Source: Thermodesulfobacteriota bacterium (GTDB taxonomy: Bacteria > Desulfobacterota > Desulfobulbia > Desulfobulbales > SURF-16). From it: DNA of 64,000 nucleotides. The stretch lies in contig JBFMAY010000001.1 of NCBI GenBank assembly GCA_040755455.1, positions 192,001-256,000 of the forward strand, read 5' to 3'. This document shows positions 58,794 through 64,000 of this stretch, piece after piece (position 1 is the first letter of the stretch; each line of letters starts with the position of its first letter). Position numbers and translations under genes: made by a program. Below the pieces are notes generated by a model. It worked only from the letters and a program-made list of their open reading frames with translations. It searched no databases and was not told where the DNA came from.

Positions 58794-59837
58794 CTACCTT
58801 CCCCGGCTGGCATCGATGCGCAGAACCTTGGCGCCCCGGACCTTTCCTGACTTGAGTTCGGCCAGGGCCTTGTTGGCGTCCTGCAATGGGAACTCCTGGA
58901 TCTCCGCCCTGATTGGTATTGCTGCGGCGAGCTGGAGAAATTCGCTGATGTCGGCCCGGCTGACGTTGGCCACGCTTTTTATTTCCTTTTCCAGCCAGAG
59001 ATGGGCGGGATAATCAAGGGTGAGCAGGCTGTTTTTGTCCCGCTCCTCCTTGCGGATGGCGTTGATGACCAGCCGGCCCGCCGGTTTGAGGTTGGCGAGG
59101 GCGGCGACAACCGGTTGCCACGCCGGAGTCGTATCGATGATGCAGTCGAGTTGCCGCGGCGGTTGCTCGTCAATATCCCCGGCCCAGGCGGCGCCCAGCT
59201 GCCGGGCGAATTCCCTTTCCGTCCGGCTTCGGGCAAAGACAAAAAATGATGATGCGGGAAAGCGGTGTCTGGCCATCTGCAGCACCAGATGGGCCGAGGC
59301 GCCGAAGCCGGTGAGGCCGAGGCTCTGGCCGTCCGCGAGGCCCGTGAGCCGCAGCGACCGGTAACCAATGGCGCCGGCGCAGAGCAGCGGGGCGGCCTCG
59401 GCATCGGAGAAAACGTCCGGCACGGCATGGGCGGAGCGCTCCGGCACGGTCATGAACTCGGCGTAGCCGCCGTTGGCGTCCCGGCCGGTTGCCGCAAATT
59501 GCGGGCAGAGATTATCGTTGCCGGCCAGGCAGAACGCACATCTGCCGCAGGCGGAGAAAATCCAGCCGATGCCGACCCGGTCCCCGGTCTTGAATAGGGT
59601 GGCGTGTCCGCCGGCCTGCTCAACCCGGCCGATTATCTGATGGCCCGGGATTATGGGGAGAGTGGGGGGAGGGGTCCTGCCTTCTATCTCATCCAGTTCG
59701 GTGTGGCAGACGCCGCAGACTGAAACCCGCACCAGCAGTTCATGGTCAGCCGGCACGGGCACTGGCAGTTCGGCGGGTTCCAGCCGGGCTTCGCCTGCCT
59801 GCAGGGGGCCGAGTCTCTTCAGTACCATTGCCTTCAT
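58794..59837 (-). CDS. Zinc-dependent alcohol dehydrogenase family protein (AdhP-like)
   Basis: CGVCHTELD..EG, PGHQIIG, CGRC.FC......LC, APLLCAG.IGYR, GFGASAH. Confidence 0.92.
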   Translation of the reverse strand: MKAMVLKRLGPLQAGEARLEPAELPVPVPADHELLVRVSVCGVCHTELDEIEGRTPPPTLPIIPGHQIIGRVEQAGGHATLFKTGDRVGIGWIFSACGRCAFCLAGNDNLCPQFAATGRDANGGYAEFMTVPERSAHAVPDVFSDAEAAPLLCAGAIGYRSLRLTGLADGQSLGLTGFGASAHLVLQMARHRFPASSFFVFARSRTEREFARQLGAAWAGDIDEQPPRQLDCIIDTTPAWQPVVAALANLKPAGRLVINAIRKEERDKNSLLTLDYPAHLWLEKEIKSVANVSRADISEFLQLAAAIPIRAEIQEFPLQDANKALAELKSGKVRGAKVLRIDASRGR

Positions 59838-59864
59838 GCTGCGTTTCCTCCAGCGGCGGATATT

Positions 59865-61073
59865 TCAGCAGACCGGCAGCTCGCCGCGCGCCAGCCGCTG
59901 GGTAAAGGAGCCGATGTTGCTCAGCTCCCGGTCGATCACGGCGGCCACCTGCTCACGGATGTCGGCAAGAACAACATCCGGGGCAAGAATCAGCTGGGCC
60001 GAGGCAATGAGCGGCTGGTCAATGGCCTTGCCGATCCGGCTGCAGAGCCAGACGGTAACCTCGCTGATGCCGGGCACCTCCCGGTAGATGTTTGTTGCCA
60101 TTTCGTTACTGAGCTGGTTGTAGATTTTGCCCACATGGCTGATCGGGTTCTTGCCGGCGGTGGCCTCAGTGGAGCCATGCCGGTTAAAGGCGATGAGGCC
60201 GTTGACCCGGTTTCCCCGGCCGACCTGTCCGCCGTCGGCGCCTTCGGCCGAGGTGCCGAGGACCGTGAGATACATGCCGGCTTCACCCCGCGCCGGATCG
60301 TCCAGGGTGTTGATGGCAATGGTGACGGAGTCAATCGCTGCTGTCCGGCCTGCAATGAATTCCTGTAATGTCTGCTGGATATGGTCCTTGGCGGCAAAGT
60401 ATCTGCCGGGGGAGTCAATAAAGCGGTCGACAAAGGCCATGGCCACCGTCATGGTGAGCTCCCGGCCCAGCCGGCAGCCCATGACCTTGATATCCTCCCC
60501 GGACTCCGGAAATGCCTGCTTGAAATCCGGGCCGTTGAGGAACCGCTCCGCGGCCAGCACCAGTCGTTCCGTTTCGCTCAGCGGGGCATAGCCCACGCCC
60601 ACGGAGGTGTCGTTGGCCCCGATCACCTGCCGGGCAAAGATATCGGTCAATTCCGCCGAGCCGGGTTTGATCTCGTTTTGAAAGATGACATGCCGCTCGG
60701 GATCGAGGAAGCGCAGGTGGTCCCGGAGCCAGCGTTTTGCCGTGGCCTCGGCGATGTCGCCGATGGGCAGGCGTTTGCCCTGATATTCGTAAGTGGCCCT
60801 GTCGCCGAAGATGATGCGCATCGGCTCTTCCACCCGCCCGCCGCCGGGCCGTGGTGATGTTCTCCCCGCTACCAGCAGGCTTTTGTCGATGTTGAGGTGA
60901 AGGAGGCGGCCGAAGCTGTCCTGGTATTGGCGGCACAGCTCGACACACACCGCCTCCATGATGGAGTCGCACATGGTGTCGGGGTGGCCGATGCCCTTGC
61001 GCTCGACCAGTTCGACGTGGCGTGCGGCAACGGGCTCAGCGGCTGTTTGTTCGATGCAGATGTTTGGTCGCAT
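59865..61073 (-). CDS. Archaeal-type S-adenosylmethionine synthetase (methionine adenosyltransferase)
   Basis: VELVERKGIGHPDTMCD, HLNIDK, ANDTS.GVGYAPLSETE, GEDIKVMG, GTSAE..DGG.VGRGNR.NG, AGKNP.SHVGKIYN; start ATG 61073. Confidence 0.92.
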   Translation of the reverse strand: MRPNICIEQTAAEPVAARHVELVERKGIGHPDTMCDSIMEAVCVELCRQYQDSFGRLLHLNIDKSLLVAGRTSPRPGGGRVEEPMRIIFGDRATYEYQGKRLPIGDIAEATAKRWLRDHLRFLDPERHVIFQNEIKPGSAELTDIFARQVIGANDTSVGVGYAPLSETERLVLAAERFLNGPDFKQAFPESGEDIKVMGCRLGRELTMTVAMAFVDRFIDSPGRYFAAKDHIQQTLQEFIAGRTAAIDSVTIAINTLDDPARGEAGMYLTVLGTSAEGADGGQVGRGNRVNGLIAFNRHGSTEATAGKNPISHVGKIYNQLSNEMATNIYREVPGISEVTVWLCSRIGKAIDQPLIASAQLILAPDVVLADIREQVAAVIDRELSNIGSFTQRLARGELPVC

Positions 61074-61099
61074 GGTGATGGTCTGCTCGTTCGGGTTGA

Positions 61100-61612
61100 T
61101 CAGTCTATTGGTTTTGTATCCAGTGGTGTGAAAAGTTTGGTCTGGGTGAAGATGCCGGCGGATACCAGTAGAACAAAAATCACGGCGCCCAGCAGCTGCC
61201 CGGTGCCAAGTGCCTTGACAATGGCCCCGGCGCCGATGAGGCAGGACAGGATGATCAGGGCCGGGTCCAGGATCCAGGCGGACAGGGCCGCGCCGATCAC
61301 CCCACCGGCCAGCAGAAAGATGAGGATGACCTCGGACGATATAAAGGGCTGGGTGAGGAGCAGGGTCAGGAAGGTTCCGGCATAGAACCCGGCCAGGGCA
61401 AAGGCGATACGCTGGGCGAAAATCGCCACAATCGCGCCGAGAGAGCCGGTGCAGAACCCGATCAGGAGCAGCACCCACTGAGGTTTGTCGGCGAGGAACA
61501 TGACGGCGAATTCCATGCCGACAATAAACCCCGCAACCGCAACAAAAAGCCAGAAAAGTTTTCTCCCGAACAGCAGAAGAATAATTCCTAAAAGGATATT
61601 GAAAATTTCCAT
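61100..61612 (-). CDS. Gly-rich membrane protein (DUF4203/TMEM198-like)
   Basis: GIILLLFGRKLFW..V.VAGF.VG; about 6 TMs; ends GIFTQ. Confidence 0.75.
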   Translation of the reverse strand: MEIFNILLGIILLLFGRKLFWLFVAVAGFIVGMEFAVMFLADKPQWVLLLIGFCTGSLGAIVAIFAQRIAFALAGFYAGTFLTLLLTQPFISSEVILIFLLAGGVIGAALSAWILDPALIILSCLIGAGAIVKALGTGQLLGAVIFVLLVSAGIFTQTKLFTPLDTKPID

Positions 61613-61807
61613 AAATAATAACTCAGTTTATTGTGTGTTCAATGGCAAGGCAGGCGGCCCAATGACGCGGCAAGGAATCCGGGACGGGTGTCGTGCGCGA
61701 TAACGGGTCAGGGCGGCACTGGTCCGCCTGGCCGTGCTGAGCTGCCATAAAGGGCATGCATGCCGGCACGGCCGGGAACGGATGAGGATTGCCGCCGGCT
61801 GCCCGGT

Positions 61808-62545
61808 TTATTGCATGGGGCGGATGCGCACCTCGATTTCCTTGTCGGCCTGCAGCAGCTCGACAAGTTTAGCCGGGTCGGTTTCGCCGTAATGATAGGG
61901 GTAGAGGATTTTCGGCCGGAAGGCCTTTGCCGCATCGGCCACCATCTCCGGGGTCATGGTGTAGGGCAGGTTCATCGGCAGAAAGGCCACGTCGATGTTG
62001 CGCAGCGCCTTCATTTCCGGGGTGTTTTCCGTGTCCCCCGCCACATAGAGCCGTTTGTCGCCGAAGGTGAGGATATAGCCGTTGCCGCTGCCCCTGGGAT
62101 GAAAGGGCTGGCTGTCGTCCCGTTTGTGGATGAGATTGTAGGCGGGCACCGCCTCGATCTTCACCCCCTGCACGGTTTTTTCCTCGCCGTTGGCCATGGC
62201 CATGCCGCCCGTGAGCTGCTTGGCGCAGGTTTCCGTCAGGACCACGGCGGTGTTGGCCGTGCGCACGCTGTTTAAGGCAGCGGCGTCAAGGTGGTCATAG
62301 TGCTCGTGGGTGAGCAGGATGATATCGGCCTTGGGCAGGGTGGCATAGTCAGTCAGCTTGCTGAAGGGATCAACATGGATGATCCTGCCGGCAAAGGCGA
62401 ACATCAGACTGCCGTGACCGATAAAGGTGATGGTCACATCCCCGGCAGAGGTTTTGATGGTATCCGCAGCGAATTGTTGCTGGGCAGAGGCGGCGAACGG
62501 GCACGTCAGGATGAAGAGCATTATCAAGGAAAATATTCTACTCAT
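61808..62545 (-). CDS. Secreted MBL-fold metallo-hydrolase (Lactamase_B_3-like)
   Basis: Signal peptide; GHGS, THEHYDH, VPAYN..H, Y.AGDT, PYHY; SD AAGGAGG before ATG 62545. Confidence 0.9.
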   Translation of the reverse strand: MSRIFSLIMLFILTCPFAASAQQQFAADTIKTSAGDVTITFIGHGSLMFAFAGRIIHVDPFSKLTDYATLPKADIILLTHEHYDHLDAAALNSVRTANTAVVLTETCAKQLTGGMAMANGEEKTVQGVKIEAVPAYNLIHKRDDSQPFHPRGSGNGYILTFGDKRLYVAGDTENTPEMKALRNIDVAFLPMNLPYTMTPEMVADAAKAFRPKILYPYHYGETDPAKLVELLQADKEIEVRIRPMQ

Positions 62546-63104
62546 GATCAGACCTCCTTTCCGGTGCGTTTGTATGAATTGAGCAGCCTGCAAAAAGAAC
62601 TCCCTGTTAAGTTGATGAACGGTGCAAGAGCACGGGCGGCCCTGAACAACAAGGCATTCGCTCTCCCGCTGTTTCTTCTGATTTCATGGCTTGGCACTAA
62701 TGTAGCAGAAGCGGCCCGAATGGGCAAGCCGGTAATGTGGTCATTCATGGTTAGGGCAGACAGGCTTTTCCCAGGCAAACAGGCGACACTATTTACTTCA
62801 GGGGATAGTGATTGTCAACAGGGAAGATCGATTCAGCCGCCGGGCCTTGCGCCGCCTGGCATCATGCCACGGCCTTACCTCTTGCCGGTTCGGCGGACAC
62901 AGGGTGGCCGCCGGTTTTCCTTGCGCCGGTGGCGGTCAATTAACTGGAAAAAGAAATTATACCAAGTGGTTTCGCCGACATAGCAAGAAGTTACTCCTTG
63001 ATAACGGCCCCAAAAGAGGATACAGTCGGGAAAGTATTTAAGTGTGGATCAGCGGTCTGTATAGCATTTGATTTGGGGTGGTATGCGGGGCTGTGGAATA
63101 ATTT

Positions 63105-63599
63105 GTTGGGTATATTAATGAATGAATGAGCAACGACGTATAGAATTATTCACTGAATTTGCCACACTTGGCGAAGCAAAGGTTCGACATATGGTCGAGA
63201 CAGAGACTTGGCTTTCCCATGATCCAAGTAAACATATCACCGCCAAAGAATGGCTTATTCATGAATCCACTAATCGTGAAGCGCGGGAAGATGCAAAATC
63301 AGATCGCGCTATTGCAATTTCAGAAGAGGCTTTATCTATAGCAAAAGAAGCTAATCGTATTGCCTCTGAGGATTTAGCCGCAGCACGATCAAGTGCTGCA
63401 TCGGCTGCTTTGCAAGCTAAATGGGCACGATGGGCGGCAATATTAGCAACAATAGCTGCAATTATAGCCGAAAAAGAACAAATAATATCAATGGTCATTT
63501 CTTGGCTCCCATGACCATATCACCCAACAGTCACTCAAGCCAACCGCCGGGCACGGCTTTTATTTGATGCCGGCCCGTGGCGGCGGTTTAGTTTAGGTG
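63105..63599 (+). mobile_element. Integron-type gene cassette
   Basis: Begins at core site GTTGGGT (63105), holds one AT-rich ORF, and ends in an attC whose R'' ACCCAAC is the exact complement of that core. Confidence 0.75.
63122..63514 (+). CDS. Cassette-encoded hypothetical protein (coiled coil, C-terminal TM)
   Basis: 130 aa, AT-rich; AISEEALSIAKEANRIA helix; WARWAAILATIAAIIA hydrophobic tail. Confidence 0.7.
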   Translation: MNEQRRIELFTEFATLGEAKVRHMVETETWLSHDPSKHITAKEWLIHESTNREAREDAKSDRAIAISEEALSIAKEANRIASEDLAAARSSAASAALQAKWARWAAILATIAAIIAEKEQIISMVISWLP

Positions 63600-63605
63600 T
63601 TGGGC
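63522..63605 (+). other. attC recombination site (84 bp)
   Basis: R'' ACCCAAC, 5-nt spacer, L'' CTCAAGCC, GC-rich stem CCGCC/GGGCACGGC..GCCGGCCC/GGCGG, L' GGTTTAG, R' GTTGGGC. Confidence 0.85.
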
Positions 63606-63861
63606 CTCCAAACATGATGAATAGCCAATATGAAAATATAGTATTTGGGATGGTCAGGATGCAGGATGGGGCGCAGGGTGGGGCCAGACCAAAATAACTG
63701 GTTGATATTTTACGATATAGCGTGCAAAAAACTAATCAAATTGAGGGCGATAATAAGCTTTTTTGCTGGCAAACGCGCATTATAGGTCGGCAAGGTCCGG
63801 GGGATTGCATTCGAAAATAGTAAGTCAACGGCATTGAAGCGCCTCTACACGGAATTATAAA

Positions 63862-64000
63862 ATGAGCACTCTGTCATTATTCAGCGAGGGCAACCGGGCT
63901 GTCCCCGGCAGCACAAGCTGGTATCTCGCCGATCTGGGCGAGTTTCGCGGCAAGCAGGAACTTTACACCCGCCAAGCGCCACAACGGCTGAAGGCGCTGC
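63862..64000 (+). CDS. Fic family protein (N-terminal part; runs off window end)
   Basis: MSTLSLF...VPGSTSWYLADLGEFRGKQELYTRQAPQRLKAL resembles the GE.RGKQ.L...Q.P..L..L N-terminus of a Fic subfamily; the catalytic motif is outside the window. Confidence 0.6.
   Translation, partial: MSTLSLFSEGNRAVPGSTSWYLADLGEFRGKQELYTRQAPQRLKAL

Noticed and set aside
61074..61478. N-terminal extension of the MAT ORF to 537 aa
   Set aside because: Overlaps the DUF4203-like gene in another frame; MAT similarity begins at Met 61073
62692..62708. Sigma-54-like TGGCAC-N5-TAGCA on + strand
   Set aside because: Imperfect -12 element and about 400 bp from the nearest + strand gene
62808..63041. Short ORF with NYTKWFRR, faintly like an integron-integrase N-terminus
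   Set aside because: Too short, no catalytic R-H-R-Y residues; not supportable as an intI remnant

Overview
A GC-rich chromosomal window from an anaerobic deltaproteobacterium. Desulfobacterota (probably Desulfobulbales-like) is inferred from gene content only. The core content is respiratory and C1/sulfur metabolism: nrfHA cytochrome c nitrite reductase; a complete periplasmic group 1 [NiFe]-hydrogenase operon (S, L, cytochrome b, hypFCDE, protease, hypAB); two MTHFR-type genes; an archaeal-type SAM synthetase; three PAS histidine kinases; and a PadR-linked ABC/LolA-like/outer-membrane barrel operon. Three visibly AT-richer accessory patches stand out. (1) About 9.4-11.7 kb: a c-di-GMP-I riboswitch with terminator upstream of a six-repeat secreted beta-propeller gene. 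(2) About 27.7-32.5 kb: a defence-island-like patch with a possible gene remnant, a frameshifted AAA_14/DUF4143 ATPase, and a translationally coupled module of a small HEPN-like protein plus a ParA/MinD-variant::P-loop NTPase fusion. This is the best candidate for an uncharacterised conflict system. (3) About 63.1-64 kb: an integron-type gene cassette with a clear attC site but no integrase, followed by a Fic gene. No rRNA, tRNA or CRISPR array was seen. All family calls come from motif recognition by eye, not database searches.
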